This document shows positions 16,455 through 27,200 of a DNA stretch of 64,000 nucleotides, piece by piece. The notes below the pieces were generated by a model. It saw only the letters and a program-made list of their open reading frames with translations. It ran no database searches and was not told the DNA's origin. Position 1 is the stretch's first letter; each line of letters opens with the position of its first letter. The DNA lies in contig VHCZ01000002.1 in assembly GCA_016871535.1 (NCBI GenBank), positions 6,180 to 70,179 of the forward strand, read 5' to 3'. The position numbers and the translations under genes are program-made. The stretch is from Verrucomicrobiota bacterium (GTDB lineage Bacteria; Verrucomicrobiota; Verrucomicrobiia; Limisphaerales; SIBE01).

Positions 16455-17977
16455 GTTCGACCGCTTCACCTGGAACTCCGGCAGCCGAGGTTCGCCGTTC
16501 CAAGCCCGAGTCGGCCCGCGCGCGGAGTTTGCATTTGGCCAAAGTGCGGCACGACCTGCGCACGCCCATCAACCATGTCTTGGGTTATTGCGAAATGCTG
16601 CAAGACGAGCCCGAGGATCCGGCCTGGCCCAACCTCGCGGAGGATCTCCAGAGAATTCTCACCGGCGGAAAGCAGGTTTTGTCGCTGGTCAATTACTACT
16701 TCGACCCCGAGCAAGTAAAGCCGGCCAATCCCGATCTTCGTCAAGTGCAGCACGAGTTGCGCACGCCGTTGAACCACATCATCGGCTACAGCGAAATTCT
16801 CCAAGAGCAAGCGCTCGAGCTCGGCCGCGCCATGGTGCACGCTGACCTCGGCAAAATCCGCGCCGCCGCGTTCCTCCTGCTGGACCTCTTGGAGATGTAT
16901 CTGATCCGCGGTCAAGGCGCGCCGTCGGCCGACCCGGGCCTTCTCGAATCCATCTGGCCCGCGCCGCCCGCCCAGGCCGCGGCGCTGCCCGATACCACCC
17001 TTTCCCCGGTTTGGGCCGACGCCGCCATTTTGGTTGTGGATGACGATCCGTTGAACCGGGAAATGCTGGAGCGGCGGTTGCGGCGGCAAGGCTGCAAAGT
17101 CTTTTTGGCCGAGAATGGCGACCAAGCGTTGACGGCGCTGCGCGGCCGGTCCGTCGATCTCATCCTCTTGGACATGGTCATGCCGGGACTGGACGGCTTC
17201 CAAGTCATTGCTCAGTTGAAAGCCGACGCCGCGCTCGCCCCCATCCCGGTCATCATGCTCTCGGCTTCCGACGAAGCCGCCACGGCCGTGCATTGCATCA
17301 AAATGGGGGCCGACGATTTCCTGCCCAAACCCTGCAACACGACGCTCCTGCTGGCGCGCATCGAGTCTTCCCTGGCCAAGAAACGGCTGCAGGAATTGCA
17401 CCGCGCCGGCGCCGGCTATTTCCACGACAAAGGCACGCTGCGTCCGGATTCGCCTTCCTACGTGGAGCGGCAGGCGGATCGAGAACTGTTCGAGGGCCTG
17501 CTCCGCGGCGAATTGTGCTACGTCCTTACTTCGCGGCAAATGGGCAAATCCTCGCTCATGGTCCGCACCGCGCACAAACTGCGCGAGCGCGGCGTCAGTG
17601 TCGTCGCCCTCGATTTGACCGCCATCGGCCAGAACGTGACCCCGGAGCAATGGTACGACGGGTTGCTCAGCCGCATCGGACGCGCGTTGCGATTGGAAGA
17701 TGAGTTCGAGGATTTTTGGCTGCGGCATGAGCGACTCGGCCCCGTGCAGCGCTTGTTCACGGCCCTCCGCGAGGTCGAACTAAAACGCCACGCCCGGTCG
17801 CTCGTCATCTTCGTGGATGAAGTCGATGCCGTGCGGAACCTGCCGTTCAACACCGATGAATTCTTTGCCGCCGTGCGCAATCGCATCTACGCGCGCGTCT
17901 TCGATGACGCCTGGGTTGCGGAACAACTCGGCCTGATTTCAACCGCGGACCATTCGACGCGATCGGAGCGCGAATGA
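16451..17977 (+). CDS. tandem HisKA(DHp)-REC-AAA-like(STAND-type) protein lacking an HATPase_c domain, probably 3'-truncated
   Basis: Two H-boxes [15 protein letters not shown] and [32 protein letters not shown]...[15 protein letters not shown]-like [10 protein letters not shown]...[11 protein letters not shown]...[12 protein letters not shown] 16451 overlaps the upstream stop. Confidence 0.8.
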   Translation: MSSTASPGTPAAEVRRSKPESARARSLHLAKVRHDLRTPINHVLGYCEMLQDEPEDPAWPNLAEDLQRILTGGKQVLSLVNYYFDPEQVKPANPDLRQVQHELRTPLNHIIGYSEILQEQALELGRAMVHADLGKIRAAAFLLLDLLEMYLIRGQGAPSADPGLLESIWPAPPAQAAALPDTTLSPVWADAAILVVDDDPLNREMLERRLRRQGCKVFLAENGDQALTALRGRSVDLILLDMVMPGLDGFQVIAQLKADAALAPIPVIMLSASDEAATAVHCIKMGADDFLPKPCNTTLLLARIESSLAKKRLQELHRAGAGYFHDKGTLRPDSPSYVERQADRELFEGLLRGELCYVLTSRQMGKSSLMVRTAHKLRERGVSVVALDLTAIGQNVTPEQWYDGLLSRIGRALRLEDEFEDFWLRHERLGPVQRLFTALREVELKRHARSLVIFVDEVDAVRNLPFNTDEFFAAVRNRIYARVFDDAWVAEQLGLISTADHSTRSERE

Positions 17978-18062
17978 AACCGGGCCAAATCGCAATTCCT
18001 GGCCAGCAGAACGCGAACCAGCTGGAGGTCGATTGCCGGGCGGACATCGGCATTCCTGCGCT

Positions 18063-19574
18063 TTACGGCGACACAACCCGCCAGGTTCCGCCGGGGCGGT
18101 GCGGGGTCAGGAATTCGGTTCGAGTCAGCCTGATGCCGTGGAGATACCAAACGGCCAGTGTTCCCTCGGTTCGATGCTGAAAGAGAAAATCCGTGTTCCC
18201 GTCCGAATCCCAATCTGCCGTCGCAACCAATCGCCATTCTGCGTCGCCGGTCTCCGCGGGATGAGGAATACCTACGCCGATGAGTTTTTTGCCTTGCAGA
18301 TACCACACAGCGAGCGCGCCGTCTGAGAATTGCAGCGCCAGGTCCACATAGCCATCTGCGTTGAAGTCGCCGCTGCCCACGATGAGGAAGTCCCGGTCCC
18401 CGACGTTGCTCGGAACGAGAAATTCGACCGCTTTCATGGTTTGCAGGTTCACCAACCAGGCCGCCAGAAATCCGTCCGCATCCTGGAAGATGAGATCCGG
18501 CAATCCGTCGCCATTGAAATCGCCCTTCTGCGCCGGCGCGTCTTCGACCCGCACCTGAAAAGAAGCGGTTGCCGCCCGGCCTTCGGAATCCATGACCGAA
18601 AGCGTGATGCGCGCCCCACCGACCTGATCTGTCGCCGGCGTGATCACGAGCGTTCGATCCGCCCCGTCGCCGCCGAAGACGAAACTGGAGTCCCGCAGCA
18701 ACGCCGGATTGTCGGAGGTGGCCGAAACCGTCAAGAACTCCGGCGCGGTCTCGGCATCGGCGATCTCTGTCGGGCAGTGCAGCCAAGTGGGATGACTACC
18801 GCACGCTCGAAGGAGATGTGCCGGAGTCGGTCACGATTCCGGCCGGGGCAACCACCGCGAGGATTTCTTTATCAGCGCCGGCGACGGTGACCATCCAGAT
18901 TACGCGGCATAACGAGCCGCCGAGCCTTTCGTTCCTTGGCGATCTGATAGGAGCCGTGCTTGCCGTGCTTAGCGATGGCGCTCGCCAGGAATTCCCAAGC
19001 CTTTTTGGCCTTCTCCAGATACGCTCGCGCCGCTTCAGGGTAACTTCGTTGAAACCGGCGACGAAGCGCATTGAGCCAGCGCCGCCGCCGCGGCCGCCGT
19101 CACTGAGGTCGTTTTCGGCCAGACAATTTGCGGATCGCCCCGGTCCGGCAGCACGTCGGTCTCATACGCGCGGTTGCGGGGATAAACCAGGAAATACAAC
19201 CCGCCGTCCGCGTCCTGCATTTTGGCGAGGAAATCGGCCTCCCATTTCGCTTCCTGAATCAGGTCGCTGATTCCATCCCCGCTTTCGGGAATCCCCAAAT
19301 TGTCCAGCTCCGCGACTCCGGTGAACGCGTCCGCGGCGAAGACCAGCGTGTGAATCAAGGCCGCGGAATTGATCGTGTATTTGCTGTAATCGCCCGCGTC
19401 GTGGTGGCCGCCGGAAACATCGATGCGCCCCCGGTTGACGAAAGCGAACAGGCTGGATTCAAAATCCTTCAGGCGCGGCGCGGTGTGGCGCAAAATAATT
19501 GAGAAATTAATCCGCGTCAGTTCCAGCACCGCAGGGGAAAGAATTCGCAACTGGTGCGACCCCGGCTCGGGCAA
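18063..19574 (-). pseudogene. mosaic of gene fragments: GH9 glycoside-hydrolase N-terminal piece (frameshifted) joined to a cadherin/FG-GAP(VCBS)-repeat fragment
   Basis: 19035-19574: ...VSGGHHDAGDYSKY...EAKWEADFLAKMQDADGGLYF (GH9). GH9-like text continues in another frame (SYPEAARAYLEKAKKAWEFL). 18063-18790: GDFNGDGLPDL, GDFNADGYVDL, ADWDSDGNTDF (FG-GAP). Confidence 0.55.
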
Positions 19575-19808
19575 GAATCAGACAAGCGTCATTCTCTCCT
19601 ACTCTTAATCCTAATCCGTGTGTCCGCTGGGGAGAGATGAAGATTATGAGTAAGATTAGGAGCAGGAGACCCTGACAGACGTCTGCCGCGCACCGTGGCC
19701 TATTCAGCGAGATTCTCGGACGCCCCTCCGTGGAATGAGATTGCAGGGACCGGCCGAGTTGACAATAATCCAATTGAACCAAATGGTTAACGCATCAGCG
19801 CCTGTCCA

Positions 19809-20453
19809 ATGATCGAGTGGAACATTCAGAGCCGCGCGCATGCCTGTCAGGCGTGCCACAAGCCGTTCGCCGACAAGGAACCTTTTCACACCTTGCTGTT
19901 CGATCACAAAAGCGCTTACGAGCGGCTGGATGTCTGCGAGAACTGCTGGAGCACCCAATACAGCCAGGGCGCGACGGACCGCAAAGGTTTCATTTCCTAC
20001 TGGCAGAGCATCTATACCGTGCCTCCCGCGGCGCCGCCGGATCCGATCCAGAAGGAAACGGCCGAGTCACTGTTGCGCAAACTCATCGAGCAGAATGATC
20101 CGAGCCATGCGGCGGCCCGGTTTATCCTCGCCGTCATGCTCGAACGGAAGCGTCTGCTGAAGGTCAAAGCCCAGCTTTTGGAGCATCAGCAAAGGATTTT
20201 TGTTTACGAGCACGCGGGCACCGGCGACCTGTTCCAAATTCCCGATCCGAACCTGAAGTTGGATAAACTCGAGGAGGTGCAGCGTGAAGTCGCCCGGTTG
20301 CTCGAGCATGGCGTGAACCCGCGTGCCCCCGCGGCGTCGGGAACCGAGGCGCAAAAGGAGAGCGGTTCCGGCCCCGGAGGAACCGAGAACAAGACGGACG
20401 GATCGCAATCGACTGAAGAATCTATCGCGGTGGCGCAATCCTCTACCGTTTGA
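19809..20453 (+). CDS. conserved hypothetical protein with N-terminal CxxC...CxxC zinc-ribbon-like motif
   Basis: HACQACHKPF...LDVCENCW. Ungapped ORF of 214 aa with coding-like composition, directly upstream of rnc. Confidence 0.6.
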   Translation: MIEWNIQSRAHACQACHKPFADKEPFHTLLFDHKSAYERLDVCENCWSTQYSQGATDRKGFISYWQSIYTVPPAAPPDPIQKETAESLLRKLIEQNDPSHAAARFILAVMLERKRLLKVKAQLLEHQQRIFVYEHAGTGDLFQIPDPNLKLDKLEEVQREVARLLEHGVNPRAPAASGTEAQKESGSGPGGTENKTDGSQSTEESIAVAQSSTV

Positions 20454-20463
20454 ACTTTGGACT

Positions 20464-21201
20464 GTGTCGGACCTTGGCCCACTTCAGAGTCGTTTAGGCT
20501 ACGCCTTTCGAGATGTCGAACTGCTGCGTCTGGCGGTGACGCATCCGTCGGTCGCGCACGAGCACGGCAACAACGTCCACCACAACCAGCGGCTCGAATT
20601 TCTGGGGGATGCGGTTCTGCAGTTGGTTCTGACGCGCGTGTTGTATGAAAGATTCCCGGACTTCGGCGAAGGGCCGTTGACCAAAGCCCGCGCGCAATTG
20701 GTCAACCGCCGTTCGCTGGCCGAACATGGCCGCCGCCTCGAACTGGGACAGCACCTGATCCTCAGCCGCGGCGAGGAACTCAACGGAGGACGAGATCGTC
20801 CGTCCACGCTTGCCGACGCGTTTGAAGCGTTGCTGGGCGCGATCTTCATGGACGGCGGATTTGAATCGGCTCAGGAATTTATTCTCCGCCAGTTTCGCGA
20901 TGTGTTCGGCGATCTGGAAGTGTTGCCCAATCTGGAAAACCCGAAAGGCGAACTCCAGGAGGTCCTGCAAGCCCGCTCGCCTGAGCCGCCACGTTATATC
21001 ATGTTGTCCGTGTCTGGCCCGGACCACGATCGCGTCTTCGAGTGCGCCGTGTTTTATCGAAAGGAAGAACTCGGCCGGGGAAGCGGCAAGAGCAAGAAGG
21101 AGGCGGAATCTCAAGCCGCGCTCAACGCTCTGGTGGCGCTCCACCAGTCCACGACAGAAGCGAATGAACCGGAGGAATCAGAGGCCGGTGATAATCCGTG
21201 A
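20464..21201 (+). CDS. rnc: ribonuclease III
   Basis: LGYAFRDVELLRLAVTHPS...NQRLEFLGDAVLQLV (RNase III signature) and the C-terminal dsRBD GSGKSKKEAESQAALNAL. GTG 20464 was chosen as start; the longer ORF from 20323 overlaps the upstream gene. Confidence 0.9.
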   Translation: MSDLGPLQSRLGYAFRDVELLRLAVTHPSVAHEHGNNVHHNQRLEFLGDAVLQLVLTRVLYERFPDFGEGPLTKARAQLVNRRSLAEHGRRLELGQHLILSRGEELNGGRDRPSTLADAFEALLGAIFMDGGFESAQEFILRQFRDVFGDLEVLPNLENPKGELQEVLQARSPEPPRYIMLSVSGPDHDRVFECAVFYRKEELGRGSGKSKKEAESQAALNALVALHQSTTEANEPEESEAGDNP

Positions 21202-21219
21202 GCCGCGTTTGTATGCCTT

Positions 21220-21494
21220 AGAGCGTGTCCGAAAATTGCGCGGGGTCCTGCGGCGAGGGATTTTGGCTGTGGCCAAGGCGGCGAGGTCCGAGCATCCCCA
21301 ACGCGGGCTGTAAGGACCGAGCCAACGCAGGCCACGGACAAAAGACCCGCCGCCCGGAGGGTTTTCGCGCCAAAGGCCGCCTGGCTTCGTTGCTCCTCAG
21401 TCGAAGATCCAGGGAGGATATTCTCCTTCGTCGCGCCTCGCCATCCGGCCTTTGGCGCGAAAACAGGACCCCGCGGAATTTTCGGACACGCTCT
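21220..21494. repeat. ~270-nt multi-helix palindromic interspersed element, copy C
   Basis: Arms AGAGCGTGTCCGAAAATTGCGCGGGGTCCTG / CAGGACCCCGCGGAATTTTCGGACACGCTCT pair 30/31. Internal 18-bp helix TTTTCGCGCCAAAGGCCG/CGGCCTTTGGCGCGAAAA. Core blocks are shared with copies A and B. Confidence 0.85.
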
Positions 21495-21543
21495 TAAATA
21501 AGTTGAATGGTTGAATGGTCAAATCAGTAGCCCAGTTCCAGTT

Positions 21544-21579
21544 CATTTCACCTATTTAACCCATTTAACTCGTTTAACC
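21544..21579 (-). repeat. 9-bp periodic GTTAAAT array, locus 2
   Basis: Plus strand reads CATTTCACC TATTTAACC CATTTAACT CGTTTAACC, which is GTTAAA-type on the minus strand. It lies 36 nt after the stop of the minus-strand dehydratase gene. An adjacent TTGAATGG x2 sits at 21503-21518. Confidence 0.6.
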
Positions 21580-21615
21580 GCTCTATACGCTGTAACGCTC
21601 CCACGCTCTCGCGAA

Positions 21616-22794
21616 TTACCAATCCCCCGCAGCGCCATCTTTGTAGAACGTCCGCTGCACAATCTCTTGCTGGAACGGATGCTTCGCCACTACTTTCTCG
21701 TCGATCTCAATGCCCAGCCCGGGTTTGATGTTCGGACGAACGATGCGTCCCGTCTTTTCCACGGTGAAACCTTCGCGAACGATGTCCTGCCGCCAGGGCA
21801 CGTCACTGTGCACCGTCTCGCAGATGATGTAGGACGGCGTGGCGAAGCCGAATTCCAGCGAGGCCGCAGTGCTGACCGGCCCCTGCGGATTGTGCGGGGC
21901 CATCGCCACCCGATACGCCTCGGCCATCGCCGCGATGCGCCGCGCTTCGCTTAAGCCGCCGCAATGGGTGATGTCCGGCTGGATTACGCTCGCGGCGCGC
22001 TTTTCGAGCAACTCTCGGAAGGCGTGAATTCCGATGAGCCGTTCGCCCGTGGCAATCGGTGTTTTGACGGAGCGCTGGATGAGCGCGATGTCGTCCATCA
22101 CTTCCGGCCAGCACGGCTCCTCGAACCAGTAAAGGTTGTAAGGTTCAAGCGCCTGGGCGAACAGCATCCCCATGCGCGGACTGGGCCGGGCGTGACAATC
22201 AACCATGATGTCAATACCGTCGCCCACGGCTTCGCGCATCGCGCGCACGCAGGCCTCCGCATAACGGATCGGCTGCAAACCCTCCAGCGGCATTGTCTCC
22301 GGCACAGCCATGGATTTGAAAGCGGTGAAACCTTCCTCCACCGCCTTCTTCGCCAGGTCCGCGAAGCGCGACGCGTCCGCCGGGCTGGTGCAATAAAAGT
22401 CTTCCATCTTTCCGCCGCCCAAATGGCAGTAGAGGCGGATGTAATCGCGCACGGGACCACCCCAAAGTTTGTGGCACGGCACGCCGTGAATTTTGCCGGC
22501 GATATCCCAAAGCGCGAGATCGATGCCGCTGATGGCTGTGCCGCGGATCGCGCCGTTGCCGTGCCAGAAATGCTGGCGATACATGATTTGCCAAAGATGC
22601 TCGATGCGCGTCGGGTCCTGGCCAATCAGCAAATGAGAGATGTCCTCGACGGCGCCGATGACCGAGCGGGTGTGCCATTCCAGCGTGGCTTCGCCCCAGC
22701 CCCACAGGCCGTCCTGGTCCGTGAGCACTTTGACAAAAACCCAATTGCGCATGCGCGCGTGACAAACGAGCGTCTGGATGGCGGTGATCTTCAT
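21616..22794 (-). CDS. enolase-superfamily sugar-acid dehydratase (galactonate/mannonate dehydratase family)
   Basis: [11 protein letters not shown]...[17 protein letters not shown]...[29 protein letters not shown] is typical of the MR/MLE N- and C-domains. Confidence 0.9.
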   Translation of the reverse strand: MKITAIQTLVCHARMRNWVFVKVLTDQDGLWGWGEATLEWHTRSVIGAVEDISHLLIGQDPTRIEHLWQIMYRQHFWHGNGAIRGTAISGIDLALWDIAGKIHGVPCHKLWGGPVRDYIRLYCHLGGGKMEDFYCTSPADASRFADLAKKAVEEGFTAFKSMAVPETMPLEGLQPIRYAEACVRAMREAVGDGIDIMVDCHARPSPRMGMLFAQALEPYNLYWFEEPCWPEVMDDIALIQRSVKTPIATGERLIGIHAFRELLEKRAASVIQPDITHCGGLSEARRIAAMAEAYRVAMAPHNPQGPVSTAASLEFGFATPSYIICETVHSDVPWRQDIVREGFTVEKTGRIVRPNIKPGLGIEIDEKVVAKHPFQQEIVQRTFYKDGAAGDW

Positions 22795-24284
22795 GGAAAT
22801 GCCGAGGAAAGAGGAAGTGGAGAAATCGCAGAGGCGATAACCTCATGCACGACCTCGCCGTGAACGTCCGTCAACCGCATGTCGCGACCGGAGAATCGGA
22901 AGGTAAGTTGCGTGTGGTCGACCCCCAGCAGGTGCAGCATGGTGGCGTGAAGATCGTGGATGTGGACTTTGTTCTCGATCACCTTGTAGCCGTATTCGTC
23001 GGTGGCGCCATAGATCATGCCGCCTTTGACTCCGCCGCCGGCCAGCCAGATGGAGAAACCGAAAGGATTGTGATCGCGGCCGTCCGAGCCTTGGGCAAAC
23101 GGAGTTCGGCCGAATTCGCCGGCCCAGATCACGAGGGTCTCGTCCAACAGCCCGCGAGCCTTCAGATCCTTCAGCAAAGCGGCGATCGGTTGATCGACGG
23201 CGCGAGCGTTGTTTTCGTGTCCGACCTTCAATTGCCCATGCTGGTCCCAGCGGTCTCCGCCGACGACAGGGCAGGTGAGTTCGACGAAGCGCACACCACG
23301 TTCGATCAGGCGCCGCGCGATCAAGCATTCGGCGCCAAAGATGCGGGTCGGTTCGTAGGCCGCGTCCAGCGCGTAGAGCTTTTGGGTGGCTTCGGATTCG
23401 CCTTTGATCTCCATCAGTTCGGGCACCGCAGCTTGCATCCGGAAAGCCAGTTCGTAATTGGCGATGGCCGATTCGAGCTGATCCACGGGGCCGGCACGAT
23501 CCAGGAGCCGGCGATCCAGCGACCGCATGAGAGCCAGTTTGTTTTGCTGCAATTCCGGTCCGGCTTCGGCGGGTTTGATGTTCGCCAGCGGATTTGGCCC
23601 GGCGCGAAAAATCGAAGCTTGAAAGGTCGCCGGCAAAAAGCCGCTGCCGAAATTCTCCAGGCCGCCCGGCGGAATCAGACCTCCATTCAGGACGACGAAT
23701 CCCGGAAGATTCTGGTTTTCCGTTCCGAGGCCATAGCCCACCCAGGCGCCCATGCTCGGCCTTCCGGAAAGGCCGAGTCCCGTGTGAAGAAAGTAATTCG
23801 CATTCGTGTGCTCCGAGAAATTCGAGACCATCGACCGGATCACGCAGAGGTCATCGGCGCATTCGGCGACGTGTGGGAAAAGACTGCTGACAGGAATCCC
23901 GCCGGCGCCGTGTTGCCGGAACGTCCACGGACTCGCGAAGGTGCTGCCGTTGTTGTTGAACTGCGTGGGTTCGACCTTCATTTTGAACGGCTGCCCATGC
24001 TCGGACGTGAGCCGAGGTTTGGGATCGAACGTGTCCACTTGCGAAGGGCCGCCGTCCATGTAGAGAAAAATGACGTTGCGAGCTCTGGCAGGAAACTGAG
24101 GCGGGCGGGGCAAGAGCGGGTTGGATTTTCCGGGAAGCCCTGGAGCCGACGTTGTGCCAAACGCCTTGCTGCTCAACAAACCAAGTAGAGCCACCATTCC
24201 GAAGCCGTCAGCGCATTGGCCAAGCATTTCGCGCCGGGTCAACGGGCGATTCAGAAATCTGCCGCAATGGCGCAGAGGCTTCAC
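22791..24284 (-). CDS. DUF1501 domain-containing protein (sulfatase-fold, Tat signal)
   Basis: [15 protein letters not shown]...[21 protein letters not shown]...[21 protein letters not shown] are canonical DUF1501 text. 4-nt overlaps with both neighbours. Confidence 0.9.
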   Translation of the reverse strand: MKPLRHCGRFLNRPLTRREMLGQCADGFGMVALLGLLSSKAFGTTSAPGLPGKSNPLLPRPPQFPARARNVIFLYMDGGPSQVDTFDPKPRLTSEHGQPFKMKVEPTQFNNNGSTFASPWTFRQHGAGGIPVSSLFPHVAECADDLCVIRSMVSNFSEHTNANYFLHTGLGLSGRPSMGAWVGYGLGTENQNLPGFVVLNGGLIPPGGLENFGSGFLPATFQASIFRAGPNPLANIKPAEAGPELQQNKLALMRSLDRRLLDRAGPVDQLESAIANYELAFRMQAAVPELMEIKGESEATQKLYALDAAYEPTRIFGAECLIARRLIERGVRFVELTCPVVGGDRWDQHGQLKVGHENNARAVDQPIAALLKDLKARGLLDETLVIWAGEFGRTPFAQGSDGRDHNPFGFSIWLAGGGVKGGMIYGATDEYGYKVIENKVHIHDLHATMLHLLGVDHTQLTFRFSGRDMRLTDVHGEVVHEVIASAISPLPLSSAFP

Positions 24285-27200
24285 TCGATGAAGATAAATT
24301 CCTTCGCGTTAAAAATCACGTGGCACAAATCGGCCCAGGGCTGTTCTCTGTCCTCCAGCGACGGGCCGCTCAAAGCATAGGATTCGGTCTGACGCTTGAG
24401 AAAATCCAGCGCGTCGGAAAGTTCCGCCGGCGACGGCGGACGGCCAAAAGCGGCGTAGAACATGTCCGCGATGCGTGCCTCCGATTTCTGTTCCGGATGG
24501 CGAAGCAACCGCCTGGCCCAGGTGCGCGCCTGCTCCGCAACGAAAGGATCGTTCATCAGGATCAAGGATTGGGCCGGGACGTTCGACACCGTGCGTCTGC
24601 CCACGGTCGTGAAGGGAACCGGCGCATCGAAGGTGCGCATCATCGGCGAAAGAAAATTACGCCGAACTTCGAGATAAATGCTGCGCCGTCCGGCGCCATC
24701 GGGCGGTCCGCTTTTCGCCGGGCGGCCTCGGCCATCCATGAACTCATTCAAATGCACGGGCACGGAGGGACCGAACATCGTCGGATCCAATCGTCCAGAG
24801 ACGGCGAGCACGGCGTCGCGGATGACCTCGCCTTCGAGACGGCGGACGCGCATACGATGGAGCAAGGCGTTGTCCGGGTCCTTCGCTTCGAGCGCGGCGT
24901 CTGACGGCTTGCTGGACATCCGATACGCGCTCGAAGTCACCAGCAGATGGATCAGCTTCTTCATCGACCAACGGGCTTCGTCGCGAAAATAGGCCGCGAG
25001 CCAGTCGAGAAGTTCCGGATGGGTCGGAGGTTGGCCCAGGACACCAAAATCGTCCGGCGTAGCGACGAGGCCGCGACCGAAGAGGTGATGCCAAACACGG
25101 TTGACCATGACTCGCGCCAGGAAAGGGTTTGCGGGATCGGTGATTCGACGCGCGAGTTCGAGCCGCCCGCTGCCTTCTCTGAAAATTGGTTGATCGGCCC
25201 CGCCAATCGCTTCCAGGAAACGGCGCGGGACTGCCTCGCCCAGGTTCTTCGGATTGCCGCGGATGAAGACGTGTTCGTCAAGACCAGTCCCATCGGCCAT
25301 GCCGGGCGTGCGCGCCGGAACGGGAAGAGCGGACTCCAACTGATGAAAGTCGTTCCAGAGTTTTCCGAGTCGCGCGACTTGTTCTGCCGTCACGCCTGGG
25401 GGCGACGCGTCGAGCAGGCGATGTTGAATGAGCCAATTCAGCAAAGCGATTTGCGCGCGTCCCTTTTCCGATTTGGCGAGAGTCGCCGACGTCCAGGCAT
25501 CCACCGCGTCGCTAACCGCCTGTTGGTAGCGTTCGGCGAGGGCCTCAATGGAATCAACCGGGGCCTCGCCCAGCAACGGCAATGCGGTGTTCGAAGTTGG
25601 CTCCGTCGGCGGAGATTTGTCGTCCGAAAAAAGAATCCGGCTGACTGCCACGAAGCCTTTTGGGCTGTAACCTTCCGTTTTCCCGCCGCCGGCCAAGTCG
25701 GGAGTCGAGATGTCGCTGAATTCGAGGTAGGCGCGGTGGCCTATCCACATGCTCACATCAATCGTCAGCCAGCGGAAATTGTCATGATTCAAGACCTGGC
25801 GCAGCGCGCCGTAGATCGGGCTTTGAATCAGCCCGAAATTATCGACGAACAGGTTTATCCGGGCGTCGCGACCGCTTGCGAGCAGGTGGAGGAACCGGTT
25901 CGTAATCGTGAAGGTTGAAGACCGGAGTGTGCCTTGCAGGCGCAACGAAACCACGCCGCTGTGCGCGGAGGGTTCGGCCAGGATCTTCACCACGGGCTGG
26001 TTGGTGGTGCCGGTGATCCACTCTCCAGCAGGACTAGGCGCATGCCCGAACCCTTCTCCATCGAGACACCAGCCGCTGTAGTCCTGGGAGCGGAAATCAG
26101 CAAACACGCTAAGCGCGCTCGGACTTGCGGAGCTGGTCTCAGCCGGCGGCTTCGATTCGGATCGCAGCGCGCTCCATTGCTCCGCAAATGCCTCTGGATT
26201 TTCAGCGACTGCGCAAGCGCTGAAGCGCTTCCAGATTTGCAGGGGATGGGCTTGCGCCGAATTTGTTGTTTGCTGGAGCGCCGTGCGCCAACGCGAAAGG
26301 CGGCCTGCATCGAGCCGCAATTCACGGGCAACCTGCTCGCACGATTCTCCGGAAGGTGCCTGCAGCGCTCGTTCAGCCAAAAGATATTGAGCGACATTCT
26401 TGGTCTGCCGGGCCCACATGCCTGAAAGCGCGCTTCTGATCTCGACCTTGAGCCACTTCAATCTATCGACAACCTCTGCTGTTGCCTCGACCGGTTCGAT
26501 TGAGCGCTGGGCATATCGCGAGCTCGCGAAAACGCCGTACAGAGCGTAAAAGTCACGCGTTGAGATGGCGTCGAATTTGTGGTCGTGGCAACGCGCGCAG
26601 GCCACGGTCACGCCGAGGAAAGTTTTCGCGAGCACGTCGATCTGGTTTTCGATCACCTCCGCCTGGTGCTGCCGGACATCGACCGGTGAGTGCGTCTGTT
26701 GGGCGAACCAGAAGAATGCCGTGCCGATGATGGATTCGTTGAAGCCATCGGTGGGATGCCGCCGAGGGACTGGGACCAAATCGCCGGCAATATGCTCCAT
26801 CACGAATTCGTCGTAAGGCACATCAGCATTGAACGCGCGGATGACATAATCGCGATAGCGCCAGGCGTTGTGAATCGGGTAGTCAAACTCGTGACCCAGG
26901 GTCTCGGCGTAACGGACCAAATCCAGCCAATGCCGTGCCCAGCGCTCGCCAAAGTGGGGCGAAGCAAGGAGCCGGCCCACGAGTTGGTCATAGGCGCCGG
27001 GTGAACGGTCTTGAAGAAAGGACTCCACCTCCTGACGCAGAGGGGGAAGACCAACCAAATCAAAATAGAGCCGACGGATCAGGGTCCTCTTATCTGCCAC
27101 AGCCGCAAATCGGGCTCCGGATTTCTCCAGAGTCGCCAGAAGGAATTGATCAACGGGACTGCGAACCCAGCCGGTGTCGATCACGGGCGGCGGTCGCGTC

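Noticed and set aside
17887-18786. 299-aa ORF (minus) rich in Arg/Gly
   Set aside because: This is an alternative frame of the same DNA that encodes recognisable FG-GAP repeats (18063..18734). It has no motifs and low-complexity composition.
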